The notes under the pieces were generated by a model. It saw nothing but the letters and a program-made list of their open reading frames with translations. It had not been told where the DNA came from and did no database searches. A stretch of DNA of 64,000 bases from Eledone cirrhosa (lineage: Eukaryota): NCBI GenBank assembly GCA_964016885.1, contig OZ024763.1, positions 13,764,001 to 13,828,000 on the forward strand. The letters are read 5' to 3'. The translations under genes and the position numbers were made by a program. Below are positions 1 to 11,063 of this stretch, in pieces. The first letter of the stretch is position 1. Each line of letters starts with the position of its first letter.

Positions 1-3000
1 ATCATCATCACATCATCATCACCGTTTTACGTCCGTTCTTCCACGCTAGCATGGGTTAGACGGGTTGTCCTGTTGTGGGCAGTGTCTGGTCGGCTGACCA
101 TGCCTTGCTCATACAGGAACTGATCTGGCTTGATTTCTACAGCTGGATGCCCTTCCTAACACCAACCTCATTTACAGTGAGTGCTGGGTGCTTTTTCGTG
201 GCGCCTACACGTCCACTTTACAGTGTGGGCTGGGTGCTTTTTTGCCGTGGCACCTCCACGACCACCTTGCGGTGGGGGGGGGGGGGGGGGGGGGGCATAT
301 TGTTTATATGCTTCAGCATGTACCCATGGGAGGTCGGGTACCCTGTATTACTGCGTGACGCCAGAAGTCACGGTCGTGTGTCATTGACTTTGAGAGGTGT
401 AGTTGGGTAAGGTCGGCTTTTATCACCTCATCCCAAGTCATCTTGGGTCTCCCCACTCCGCGGTTTCCATCAACTTCTAGTGCTCTGCACCTTTTTATGC
501 AGCTGTCATCCTTCATACGCATCACATGTCCATACCAGCGTAACCGCCTCTCCTGCACGCAGCATTTGATTCCTCTTATGCTCAGTCTCTCTCTCAATTC
601 ATTTATGCTTTGTCGTTCACGTATATTACTGTTACACATCCATCGGAGCATGCAGGCTTCGTTTCTCTCTAATCTACGTAAGTCTTCCACCTTCAGCGCC
701 CAGGTCTCACTACCATGCAACATCGCTGTTCGGATACACGCATCATACAGTCTGCCTTTCATTCTGAGGGAGAAGCCTTTTGCAGCTAGCAGTGGTAGTA
801 GTTCCCTAAACTTCTTCCATCCCGTTCTTACCCTAGTTATTGTACTTTCTGAGCACCCACCTCCGTTGCTAATTCGGTCACCTAGGTAGCAGAAGCTGTC
901 TACTGTTTCTACAGGGCCCTCCCAGAGATTGGTGGTACTTGTTTCCTGTGGCTGTTTGCTTGCTGTTTCAGCACAGCTGCTGCATGTGAATCCTACATTC
1001 TTAATTAAGCTTCCTGAGATCCCGCTACATCTCTTGTGTACCCATTGTTTGCATTTGGGGCAAAGAATGGAGTTCCTACCTACACCTTTCCTACATACTG
1101 AGCAAGGCCATTTCCCTGAGGGGATCTGGGTTCTGTTTTCTCGTCTACTTATAAGGACCTTAGTCTTTGTCATGTTGACTTTGAGGCCCTTTCTCTCTAG
1201 TCCCTGCTTCCAGGTTTGGAATTTATTCTCTAGTTCTACCATAGATTCAGCTATGAGTGCGAGGTCATCAGCATACAGGAGTTCCCATGGGCATCCGGTC
1301 TTAAACTCCTCCGTTATTGCCTGCAGGACTATGATGAACAGGAGAGGGCTAAGAACAGAGCCCTGGTGGACCCCAACCTGTACGCTAAATTCCTCGCTAT
1401 ACTCATTGCCAATCCTAACTTTGCTGACTGCTCCCCTATACATGGCTTGTACCGCTTTCACAAGCCATTCATCTACTCCTAGTTTTCTAAGAGCCCACCA
1501 GATTACTGCACGTGGAACTCTGTCAAAGGCTTTCTCAAGGTCGACAAATGCCAAGTAGAGTGGCTTACTTTTAGCTAGGTACTTTTCCTGTAATTGCCTC
1601 ACAAGGAAGAGCGCATCAGTGGTGCCTTTCCCTGGAACAAACCCAAATTGCATCTCGTCTATATTCACCCGGTCCCTAATCAGCTGTGCTATAACTCTTT
1701 CTGTTACTTTCATGACCTGGTCCATCAACTTTATACCTCTATAGTTTCCTCTATCTAGTGCATCGCCTTTACCTTTGTAGCAGTTGACAATGATGCTACT
1801 GCACCAATCTTTTGGTATGGCCCCCTCTAGTATTACCTGGTTAACGATACGTGTGGTTATAGTGTGACCTACAGACCCAGATGCCTTCAGCATCTCGGCA
1901 GCTATACCCGATGGACCGGTTGCCTTCCCTATCTTCATATCTCTGATTGCCTTACTTACTACGCTGCCGCTGACTTGTACTGCTGGTCCCTCTATAGGGT
2001 CTACGTGGGGTAGGGTCTCTTCTTCCCATGCATTCTCCTCATTTAGTAATCTATCATAATGACTCTTCCATGCATCTTTCTTCTCAGCACTTGTGAGGGC
2101 AAGCTCACCTTTATCATTCCGGATACACTTCTCTCCAATGACATCACAACTATCTCTGACACACTGCCTCGCAATCTTGAATACCTCCTGTTTCTGGTCC
2201 TCACGTTGTAAAACATGCTTGAATTTTCTATCCTCTGCTTCCCTCCTAGCTAAGTATACTTGTCGCCTAGCTTCCCTCTTGGTCTCTATGTAATGTACCC
2301 TGCTCCCCCCGTTCTTCCATTCTTTCCATGCCTGTCTCTTGGCCTTGACTGCTTCATCTACCTTATTGTTCCACCACCAAGTCACTCTCCTCCTGCTTGA
2401 GGTCTTACTCCAGCCACAAACCTCATCCGTCGCCTCTAGTAAGTTATTTTTTAGGAACTCCCAGTTCTCTTCTACGTTAAATGTCTCTATCTGTTCTTCT
2501 TTACTGTCGTAGGCGTTGAGTAAAATATCTTTAAATCTGTTACTGGTTGAGGGGACTTTCAGCTTCCAGATCTTTCTTCTCCAGGTTGGCCTCTGTTTCA
2601 GGGCTCGTCTAGTTCTGACCGTGAGGTCGCTGACAACTAAGCTATGTTGGGATGTACATTCCTCACTAGGGAAGGCTTTTGTGTTTACGACCGTCCATCT
2701 GTCACGTCCTCTGATGAGGATAAAATCTAACTGACTAGAGTGCTCCCCTGATCTATAGGTGATCAGGTGGTTGTCGGGTTTTTTAAAGTTTGTGTTACAT
2801 ATCGACATGTCATTGGCGTCGCAGAATTCTAGAAGTCTGAATCCTTCCTCATTCCTTGTGCCAACTCCATGGCCTCCATGTACTCTATTGAAGCCGTCGC
2901 AGTGTTTACCTACGTGTCCGTTAAAATCTCCTGCAATGATTAGGAAGTCCTTGTCGTCTGTTAGAGCAGTAGTGTGTATTAGGGACTCGTAAAACCTATC

Positions 3001-3690
3001 CTTAAGTTCGTCTGGCAGCCCCGATTGGGGTGCGTAAGCTGATATTATTGTGGTAATTGTCTTATTCAGGACTAGTCTGAGTTTAATGATTCTTGCATTT
3101 ACCCTGTACACTGAAATTACTTTATCTACCCACTTGTCAGCTAATAGTATACCTACACCACCCATCCCATCGTCATTTCCCACCCAGAAAAATTTGTAGC
3201 ACTGGCTTTTTCCTACAAGGACTCTAGCAGACCCTCCTCTCCATCTAGTCTCTTGCACACAGCATACATCAACTTCCTTTCGCTCTAGCATTTCTACGAT
3301 TTCTCCTGCTCTTCCTTTCATTGAGCCTACATTGATGGTACCAACTCGGAGTTTTGGGCATTTGTCGACACTCGTAGGGGAGGGTCTCTGGGTTGGCGCT
3401 TCACGTGGGTGCTTGGTAGCTCGCAGATTCATATTTCATCTATTGATTCAGAGTTGCTCGTGTATTCCCAGCTCATCCATCCCTAACGGTGGGAAAATTG
3501 AGGGCTAGAAGGACAGTGGTGGTGGGGTAATGGCAGGGTGTGTTGGGATGCGCCAGAGGAGGAGAGAGTTAGTTAGGCAGGTAGTAGCAGCAGCAGCAGT
3601 GGAAATGGCATGCTAGGTTTGATTGGTCGAATAGACTATGGTGGTGTGTGGGGGTGGGGGGGAGGGAAATTGTGAGGTAGGAACTGAGGG
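1..3690 (-). mobile_element. RTE-clade non-LTR retrotransposon, near full length
   Basis: Single long ORF; ~260 bp pyrimidine-rich 5' leader; 3' UTR at 1-312 with GGAAGGGCATCCAGCTGTAGAAA motif and a (TGA)n tail, seen as (CAT)n at 1-21 on +. Confidence 0.95.
313..3432 (-). CDS. RTE LINE ORF: AP endonuclease + reverse transcriptase with inserted PHD-like C4HC3 finger
   Basis: 1039 aa without stops; APE motifs GTINV, VQET, YAP, GDFNGH, LDFI, SQH; RT motifs NYRGIKL, QFGF, FVDLEKAFD, GVHQGSVLSPLLF, YADD, FCYLG; RTE C-terminal RRLRWYGHV and GRP..W. Confidence 0.97.
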   Translation of the reverse strand: MNLRATKHPREAPTQRPSPTSVDKCPKLRVGTINVGSMKGRAGEIVEMLERKEVDVCCVQETRWRGGSARVLVGKSQCYKFFWVGNDDGMGGVGILLADKWVDKVISVYRVNARIIKLRLVLNKTITTIISAYAPQSGLPDELKDRFYESLIHTTALTDDKDFLIIAGDFNGHVGKHCDGFNRVHGGHGVGTRNEEGFRLLEFCDANDMSICNTNFKKPDNHLITYRSGEHSSQLDFILIRGRDRWTVVNTKAFPSEECTSQHSLVVSDLTVRTRRALKQRPTWRRKIWKLKVPSTSNRFKDILLNAYDSKEEQIETFNVEENWEFLKNNLLEATDEVCGWSKTSSRRRVTWWWNNKVDEAVKAKRQAWKEWKNGGSRVHYIETKREARRQVYLARREAEDRKFKHVLQREDQKQEVFKIARQCVRDSCDVIGEKCIRNDKGELALTSAEKKDAWKSHYDRLLNEENAWEEETLPHVDPIEGPAVQVSGSVVSKAIRDMKIGKATGPSGIAAEMLKASGSVGHTITTRIVNQVILEGAIPKDWCSSIIVNCYKGKGDALDRGNYRGIKLMDQVMKVTERVIAQLIRDRVNIDEMQFGFVPGKGTTDALFLVRQLQEKYLAKSKPLYLAFVDLEKAFDRVPRAVIWWALRKLGVDEWLVKAVQAMYRGAVSKVRIGNEYSEEFSVQVGVHQGSVLSPLLFIIVLQAITEEFKTGCPWELLYADDLALIAESMVELENKFQTWKQGLERKGLKVNMTKTKVLISRRENRTQIPSGKWPCSVCRKGVGRNSILCPKCKQWVHKRCSGISGSLIKNVGFTCSSCAETASKQPQETSTTNLWEGPVETVDSFCYLGDRISNGGGCSESTITRVRTGWKKFRELLPLLAAKGFSLRMKGRLYDACIRTAMLHGSETWALKVEDLRRLERNEACMLRWMCNSNIRERQSINELRERLSIRGIKCCVQERRLRWYGHVMRMKDDSCIKRCRALEVDGNRGVGRPKMTWDEVIKADLTQLHLSKSMTHDRDFWRHAVIQGTRPPMGTC

Positions 3691-3954
3691 TAAAATTAAC
3701 AATAATAACAATATATATGTATATATAATATATATTTCTTAAAATAACAGATTAAAGTTAAAGCAAAGAATCGCTGCTTTTAATAAATATTTGTTCTATG
3801 GTTTTTGTATATATATTATCCTTATCGAGACCTCTTTGGATTTTAGTCTTCATATTTATTATTATTACTATATATATATTTTACATTTTTATGAGATTGG
3901 CACCTTCCAGCCCTTTTAAAGTCAAGCACTCTTCAGTCAAAAGGATTTTTAACC

Positions 3955-4940
3955 ACATATATAATGTGTGAAACCCCCATCCCACACTGTAAAGTGGTCA
4001 TGATAGCAACACGACAAAAAGCACCCAGCCCACTCTGTAAGGTGGTCTTATGTGTGTCATGACAAAAAGCACCCAGAATCCAATGTAAATGTGGTTGGCA
4101 TTGGGAAGGGCTTCAAGCTGTAGAAACCAAGCCAAAATCAGTTTTGTATGAGCAAGACATGGTCACCTGACCTAGAATTTCTCACAACTGTATATATGTG
4201 CTCCAGCTTTGGCCTGTTCCCATGGGAAGTTGGGTCTTCTGTATCACTGCATAATGCCAGAGGTCTCGGTCTTGTGTCATCGCCTTTGAGAGGTGCAATT
4301 GGGCAAGACCAGCTTTTATCCCCCTCATCCCAAGTCTTCCTGGGTCTCCCCACTCCAAGGCTTCCATCGACTTTGAGTGCCCTGCACCTTTTTATGCAGC
4401 TGTCATCCTTCATACGCATCACATGTCCATACCAACGCAACCTCCTCTCCTGCACGCAGCATTTGATTCCTCTTATGCCCAGTGTTATAACTCTTTCTGT
4501 AACTTTCATGACCTGGTCCATCAGCTTTATACCTCCATAGTTTCCTCTATCTAGTGCATTTCCTTTACCCGTGTAGCAGTTGACAATGATGCTGCTGCAC
4601 CAATGCTTTGGTATGACACCCTCTAACATTACCTGGTTAACAATACGTGAGGTTATGGTGTGACCTAACGACACAGATCCATTCATCATCTTGGCAACTA
4701 TTCCCAGTGGACCAGTTGCTTTTCCCAGTCTTTATATCCTTACTTACTACACTGCTGGGCCCTCTATGGGGTCCACTTGGGGGTAGGGTCTCTTTCTCCC
4801 ATGCATTCTCCTCATTCAGTAATCTTTATCGTCACTCACACACTTCTCACGAATAACATCGCAATTTTATTTAACACACTGCCTCGCAATCCTGAACACC
4901 TCCTGTTTCTGGTTTTCACGCTACAAAACATGCTTGAATG
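3955..4940 (-). mobile_element. Internally deleted, rearranged copy of the same RTE family
   Basis: 4215-4940 matches pieces of the intact ORF (about 320-585 joined to 1685-2225); 3955-4190 matches its 3' UTR but in + orientation. Confidence 0.85.
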
Positions 4941-5027
4941 TTTTATATATTTATTTATGTATGTATATTTACATGTATGTATATGTGGAAAATGTGATAT
5001 ATCTATCTATCTATCTATATATATATA

Positions 5028-5220
5028 TGGGAAAATGTATGACCCCGATGGCAGAGCTCAAGCCGTTTCGAAGACTATTTCAGTCCAGAAATAGCCGTCG
5101 AAATGGCTTGAGCCCTGCCGTCGGGGTCATACATTTTCCTATTACCCACTCTACTACCCTAAGTATTGAATACTCTAGTGCGTTATGGTCCATCTGGTTC
5201 CTTACCACAACTCCTTCGTT
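5028..5220. mobile_element. Foldback hairpin element in (TA)n, probable Penelope-like remnant (further copy 15136-15330; related 15965-16140)
   Basis: ~55-bp inverted arms GGAAAATGTATGACCCCGA...TCGGGGTCATACATTTTCC followed by an ACTC...GA(G/A)TACTCT tail; flanked by (TA)n. Confidence 0.65.
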
Positions 5221-5361
5221 ATATATATATATTATATATGCATATGTTGTTTGAAATACACCATCACATTATATATTTTTGTATGTATATTTATATGTAT
5301 GTATATGTAATAAATGTGTGTATATATATATATATAAGATTATTATTATTATCTGTGTTAT

Positions 5362-5552
5362 AGGGCGGTGGATTGGCAGTATCGGTAGAGGGTTGGACGC
5401 CATGCTTTCCAGCATAGTTATGTCCCTTTACGATCTGAATTCAAATCTCACCGAGGTTAACTTTGCCTTTCATCCTTAAGGGGTTGATAAAATAAAGTAC
5501 CAGTAATACACTGGGTAATTGCTGGCCTTGTGCCAAAAGTAGAAACAATTAT
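5362..5552 (+). mobile_element. tRNA-derived SINE with Meta-type central domain (others at about 21350-21487, 21504-21693, 22155-22270, 47438-47628, 49185-49375 on +; 22500-22650, 29205-29303, 39877-40030, 49090-49175, 62670-62860 on -)
   Basis: A-box-like TGGCAGTATCGG, B-box (G)TTCAAATC, domain TTGCCTTTCATCCTT..GGGGTCGATAAAATAAAGTACCAG, tail GGCCTTGTGCCAAAAGTAGAAACAATT; over 10 similar copies in the window. Confidence 0.9.
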
Positions 5553-5580
5553 TATTTGTGTTATATATTATATATGCATA

Positions 5581-5812
5581 TCATCATCATTTTACGTCCA
5601 CCTTTCCCTGCTTGCAAGGGTGGGACGGAAACTGATTCTGGCTTGATTTCTACAGCTGGATGCCCTTCCTAACACCAACCTCATTTACAGTGAGTGCTGG
5701 GTGCTTTTTTGCCGTGGCACCTCCACGACAACTTGCAGTGGAATGATAGGGACCCCAGTTCCTATCATCTCATTTCTACAGCTGAGTAAACTGGAGCAAT
5801 GTGAAATAAAGT
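5581..5812 (-). mobile_element. 5'-truncated copy of second SINE family (RTE-derived tail)
   Basis: Matches the 3' two-thirds of the 8200-8525 copy; (TGA)n tail. Confidence 0.85.
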
Positions 5813-5887
5813 GGCATATGTTGTTTGAAATACACCATCACATTATATATTTTTGTATGTGTATTTATATGTATGTATATGTAATAA

Positions 5888-5930
<43 letters not shown>

Positions 5931-5973
5931 ATTATTATTAATCTGTTTACTTTCTCTTCTCTCCAACAAATAG

Positions 5974-6170
5974 AAAAAAGACCGATGGTTGATGAAAACG
6001 AGAAGGTTGTGGTCATCTCCCTGTCGGTCATCCTACCTGTGGCTCTGGCCATTCTTGGTATGTTAGCCTTTATTCTGGCGAAACACACCCAACAGGACAA
6101 AACCAATTCACAAGAAGACATCCTGCCAACAAAATGTCCATCTTCCAAGAAATATGTCCACAGTGGAAAT
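5974..6170 (+). CDS. Internal exon encoding the transmembrane helix of a type I membrane protein
   Basis: Pyrimidine tract + TAG acceptor (5971-73), GTAAGT donor (6171); open frame (E)KRPMVDENEKVVVISLSVILPVALAILGMLAFILAKHTQQ...HSGN; hydrophobic stretch followed by KH; phase 1 to phase 0. Confidence 0.85.
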
Positions 6171-6299
6171 GTAAGTAAAAACATATCTGTTTAATATATA
6201 TATATATATCGTGTATCAGTGTCATCCAATACTGGGCTCCAACTGGTCCCTTCACATAGCGGTGCCATCCAACGCCAGGCTCCAGCTGGTCCCTTCATA

Positions 6300-7072
6300 T
6301 CATCATCATCATCATTCGTCGACTACTGTCGAGATGATGGATCTCACTCTCATGCCCCAGAATTCCCTGTCCCCCATCGCTGCCTCCAGGTCCTGTCTAC
6401 TGATTCCCGTATCCCTAGAGATTGTAGGTGCATCATGATCAGAAACAGGACCCGAGAAAGCAGGGGCTGGACCTATATCAACAGGTATACCATATAGTGT
6501 GGTTCCCTGAGGAACAGGAACCCTGGTGCAGTTAGTTGCGAAATCCATCATCTTTTCAAATAGCTAATAATGTGTGTGGGCGCCACTACTACACACATGT
6601 GAAAGAATTTGACAGCCAAGTCTTGAAGAAGGTGCTTTTCTCCGTGTGGTGGGTTACCCGGCGCCAGATACCAGCCTGGCATTTATACCCTCACCCTAAT
6701 TGTTCGTGTTGCAAGCACTAGAGTAGTTGCTAACCAAAGCTACGGACCCACTCTATCCGTCTGGAGATACGTTGTACTAGTTTACCAGCATACTAGTAGC
6801 AGGAAGTTGACTTTTCCGGCACTGCAGCGCCTTTCAGCGGGCCGTGCTGGTTTTGGATGGCCATTGACTCCAAGAGCTCTAAGAGCTCCCAGGAGTTCCT
6901 TTGCCCTTTGACAGGTTTTGTTTTTAGTCCTACAGGATGTCCAAAGTCACCCTCCTCACCAAGAAATCTTGGTGGGGTTGCCAGTTTAGTCGCCAACGAC
7001 CCGACCATGAGACAGGTTGTACTGGGATACATGTTACCAGTAGCACCAACTGGTGACCTGACAACAACTAGC
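6300..7072 (-). mobile_element. Short non-autonomous RTE derivative (5' region fused to 3' end)
   Basis: RTE-like C-terminus ISRDTGI..DLEAAMGDREFW then (TGA)n tail at 6300-6315; GC-rich leader with GTCG..GCGACTAAA motif; flanked by ~73-bp direct repeats. Confidence 0.6.
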
Positions 7073-7740
7073 CAATACTGGGCTCCAGCTGGTCCCTTCA
7101 TATAGTGGTGCCATCCAACGCCAGGCACCAGCTGGTCCCTTCATATAGTGGCGCCATCCAACGCTAGGCTCCCAAACTGTGGCCCTGCACCTGTCCCTCC
7201 ACACCCAGTACTGGGCTCCAACTGGTCTCCTCCACATAGTGGTGCCATACAACGCCAGGCTCCCAAACTGTGGCCCTGCACCTGTCCCTCCACACCCAGT
7301 ACTGGGCTCCAACTGGTCCCCTCCACATAGTGGTGCCATCCAACGCCAGGCTCCCAAACTGTGGCCCTGCACCTGTCCCTCCACACCCAGTACTGGGCTC
7401 CAACTGGTCCCCTCCACATAGTGGTGCCATCCAACGCCAGGCTCCCAAACTGTGGCCCTGCACCTGTCCCTCCACACCCAGTACTGGGCTCCAACTGGTC
7501 CCCTCCACATAGTGGTGCCATCTAACGCCAGGCTTCCAAACTGTGGCCCTGCACCTGTCCCTCCACACCCAGTACTGGGCTCCAACTGGTCCCCTCCACA
7601 TAGTGGTGCCATCTAACGCCAGGCTTCCAAACTGTGGCCCTGCACCTGTCCCTCCACACCCAGTACTGGGCTCCAACTGGTCCCCTCCACATAGTGGTGC
7701 CATCTAACGCCAGGCTTCCAAACTGTGGCCCTGCACCTCT
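7073..7740. repeat. 91-bp GC-rich minisatellite, about 7 copies
   Basis: Unit GTACTGGGCTCCAACTGGTCCCCTCCACATAGTGGTGCCATCCAACGCCAGGCTCCCAAACTGTGGCCCTGCACCTGTCCCTCCACACCCA. Confidence 0.95.
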
Positions 7741-7769
7741 TCTTCTTTATCCAGTACCAGGACCCATAA

Positions 7770-7940
7770 CTGTGGCCATGCTGTGAGATGGGCCAGGCTC
7801 CTAAACTATGGCTCCGTTGTGAGATGGGTCAGGCTTCAAAACTGTGGTTACGTTGTGAGATGGGCCAGGCTCCTAAACTATGGCTCCGCTGTGAGATGGG
7901 TCAGGCTTCAAAACTGTGGTTACGTTGTGAGACGGGTTCA
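7770..7940. repeat. 36-bp (72-bp dimeric) minisatellite
   Basis: TGTGAGATGGG(C/T)CAGGCT..AAACT(A/G)TGG repeated 4-5 times with alternating variants. Confidence 0.9.
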
Positions 7941-8199
7941 ACGCGGGCAACTGGCCAGTCCCTCCTCATAATGGAGCCACCTAGTCCCAAACTGTAAATG
8001 TGGTTGGGGTTAGGAAGGGCATCCTGCTGTAGAATACCTGGCCAAATTTATAGTCCACGCCGGAGCAAGGTGCGACACATAGTCAACCCTGGCCAGACTT
8101 GCCTCCCGACATGAACGACCTGTCTAACCCATGCAAGCATGGAAGAATTGATGCTAAATTGATGATGATATATTGTGAAGGGGCACAAATGTGAGGTTC

Positions 8200-8525
8200 A
8201 TCATCATTTCATCTTATGTCCGCTTTTCCCTGCTTGCAAGGGTGGGACGGGAACTGATTCTGGCTTGATTTCTACAGCTGGATGCCCTTCCTAACACCAA
8301 CCTCATTTACAGTGAGTGCTGGGGGGCTTTTCTGCCGTGTCACCTCCACGACCACTTTGCAGTGGAATGATAGGGACCCCAGTCCCTATCATCTCATTTC
8401 TACAGCTGAGTAAACTGGAGCAATGTGAAATAAAGTGTCTTGCTCAAGGAAACAACACATCACCCGGTCTGAGAATTGAACTCACAACCTTTCGATTGCA
8501 AGGCCAATGCTCTAACCACTAAGCC
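8200..8525 (-). mobile_element. tRNA-head SINE with RTE-derived tail (further copies 8717-9047 and 19967-20308; related head at 45780-46005 on +)
   Basis: Minus strand: GGCTTAGTGGTTAGAGC (A box)...GAGTTCAATTCTC (B box)...TCCTTGAGCAAGACACTTTATTTCAC...GGCATCCAGCTGTAGAAA...(TGA)n. Confidence 0.9.
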
Positions 8526-9345
8526 CTGTGTCTCTATTCTGAGTTCAATTCTCGAACCAGGGGATGCATTGTGTCCTTGAGCAAGACAACCGGTAGATAG
8601 TATCAGCAATAGAAAGACCAATGGAAACATTGTTTCCTTGATTTGATTTGATGAGGTCCACCCCACTTGTGAAGCGAATGAAGTCTGGGATATTGTTGAT
8701 CGATCAAAGCGACATATCATCATCATCATCATCATCATACGTCCGCTTTTCCCTGCTAGCAAGGGTGGGACGGGAACTGATTCTGGCTTGATTTCTACAG
8801 CTGGATGCGCTTCCTAACACCAACCTCATTTACAGTGAGTGCTGGGTGCTTTTTTGCCGTGGCACCTCCACGACTACTTTGCAGTGGAGTGATAGGGACC
8901 CCAGTCCTATCATTTCATTTCTACAGCTGAGTAAACTGGAGCAATGTGAAATAAAGTATCTTGCTCAAGGAAACAACACATCACCTGGTCTGAGAATTGA
9001 ACTCACAACTTTTCGATTGCAAGCCCAATTCTCTAACCACTAAGCCATGTGCCTTTATATATATATATATGACGGTGGTGATGATGATATATATATATGA
9101 TGGTGGTGATGATGATATATATAGAGAGACAGACAGACATTTTAAAATCAATTGACACCAAAGATGGTTCTTCAAATCATTTCATTAATGTCTCCACATG
9201 TTTCAACATCAATATTACCAAGTAATACTAAAGCTTCACCAAAACAGTAATTCATGATTTGGGTGATGCAAGTCTCAAACAAATACGAGAACCCATAGTT
9301 AATATGGTAAAGAAACTGAAGAGGTATTTCTGGAGAGATTTTTAA

Positions 9346-9709
9346 CCCTTTACCATTCACATTACTCTATATATACTATTATATTTTCAAGGTAAAGTCT
9401 TTACCTCACATAATATCTCACATAACATTTACATTACTCTATATATACTATTATATTTTCATGGTAAAGGCTTTACCTCATATAATATCTCACATAATAT
9501 CCACATTACTCTATATATACTATTATATTTTCAAGGTAAAGCCTTTACCTCACATAATTATCTCACATAATATCGAATCTATGAGATTTTGAAAGTATTT
9601 ATTTTGAGAACAATACCTTAACATCAGTCTGAGTGACCAGTTACAGCCAGTTTCAACAGAATGAGGTAGAGAATTCTGGCCGGTTTTGGCCGGTTTGAAC
9701 ATTAAAGGG
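9346..9709. mobile_element. piggyBac-type MITE with internal ~71-bp triplication
   Basis: TTAA|CCCTTTA ... TAAAGGG|TTAA termini; related inverted copy at 44838-45056. Confidence 0.75.
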
Positions 9710-10529
9710 TTAAAGAAATAGAGAGAAAGTAATTTTATCTTCGGTGACGCAAAAGCAAAGTAGTTGTGTAAAGTAGGCGTGAGCTTTTTGAGTGACAAGT
9801 GACTGAAGAGGTTTTTTGAAGAGATTTTTTTTTAAAATAAAGAAGGTTATTTTATCTCTGGAGAATCACATGCAAAGTAGTTAATTAATTGTGTAAAATA
9901 GTCATGATTTTTTCAGCAACAAATGATTAGTTATAAATATATGCAGATTTAAAATATAGTTTTTATGCTCTGTATTCTTCCATAAGTGGCTAATACATTG
10001 AGATTTTTGGTATTTGGTAATAAACGAATCTAATACCCACATTATTCAGCTCCTAGATTGATAACTATAGAGTTATACCAATATCTCTTTCAACACACAA
10101 TTTTGTATCAATAATCTTTCAAAACCAATACAAATACGAGGTATATCATCATCATTGCCATTTTTATATCCAATTTTCCACGCTTGCATGGGTTGGATGA
10201 GTCCTTTTCAGCACAGTATCTCTTCACTTGTTGCGTTCCATGTGTATATATAAATATAATTTTTTTCTTTTTCCGTTTCCACCCTGATTGTCTCCTCTAT
10301 CTTTCTATTTATTTTTTATTTCTCATTCTATTTTCTGATAAAGGACTAGCATCTGAAACATTAAGACTCTTTTCCTACTATATCAAGCAGAAAACTAATA
10401 TATTTCTTCATCGTACTATGTTGTTTGCTTCGTTATTTCTGTTTACCTTTTGCATATATATATATTTATATATATAAAAACAAGAAGTGTAAGTCAACAG
10501 GTTAAAATTAACTTTGTTTATTCATAATC

Positions 10530-10588
10530 GCTGTTATATATATTTTGGTAATAACTATTATTCAACAGCTATGACCTCATCAGACAGC
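10530..10588 (-). ncRNA. Degenerate type I hammerhead ribozyme (G12 to A)
   Basis: GCTGT-CTGATGA-GGTCATAGCTGTT..AATAGTTATTACC-AAAA-TATATATA-ACAGC; stems preserved, GAAA core mutated. Confidence 0.65.
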
Positions 10589-10868
10589 TAGATTTTGAAC
10601 AGGAAAAACAGAAAAACATAATGATGGAATAAAGCTTACTTCTGTTATTTTAATTTGTTGATATGCTCCATGCTGAAGTTTGGTGTTGTTTTCTCAAAGC
10701 ACTGGTTGAAATATATAACAGCGAAAATGAATAGACTAAGTTAATTTTAACCTGTTTACTTACACTTCTTATTTTTAAATTACTCCGGAGTAAACAGGCC
10801 CACCTGCGCTCTTTGTTGAGTGCTCTACCCTGCATACTGAAGTGTCAGTAATTAACCAACATATACTA

Positions 10869-10904
<36 letters not shown>

Positions 10905-11063
10905 GATAACAAATTATTGTTTTAGGTAATCCAGTTAGAGGTTGTGAGTACTCTGTACTATGGATAGTTTTAACATATGGTGTTGTTTGACTCAACAAGA
11001 GGTTTCCTTAGTTAGGTGGCGAGTTCTCGGGAATTCCTATGTAGGTTAATCTTGGAGTAATAG

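Noticed and set aside
443-2992. Plus-strand ORFs over the RTE
   Set aside because: Antisense shadows of the LINE ORF
6975-7060. HDV-like ribozyme at the RTE 5' end (CCAGT..ACC/GGT..GTCG/CGAC-TAA-ACTGG on -)
   Set aside because: P2, P3 and P4 are plausible but I could not place P1/P1.1; needs a descriptor search
7034-7703. Cys/Gly/Trp-rich ORFs in the 91-bp array
   Set aside because: Unit length is not a multiple of 3, frames cycle, no splice support
8455-8525. True tRNA genes at SINE heads and palindrome arms
   Set aside because: No complete acceptor and anticodon stems; SINE heads continue into repeat bodies
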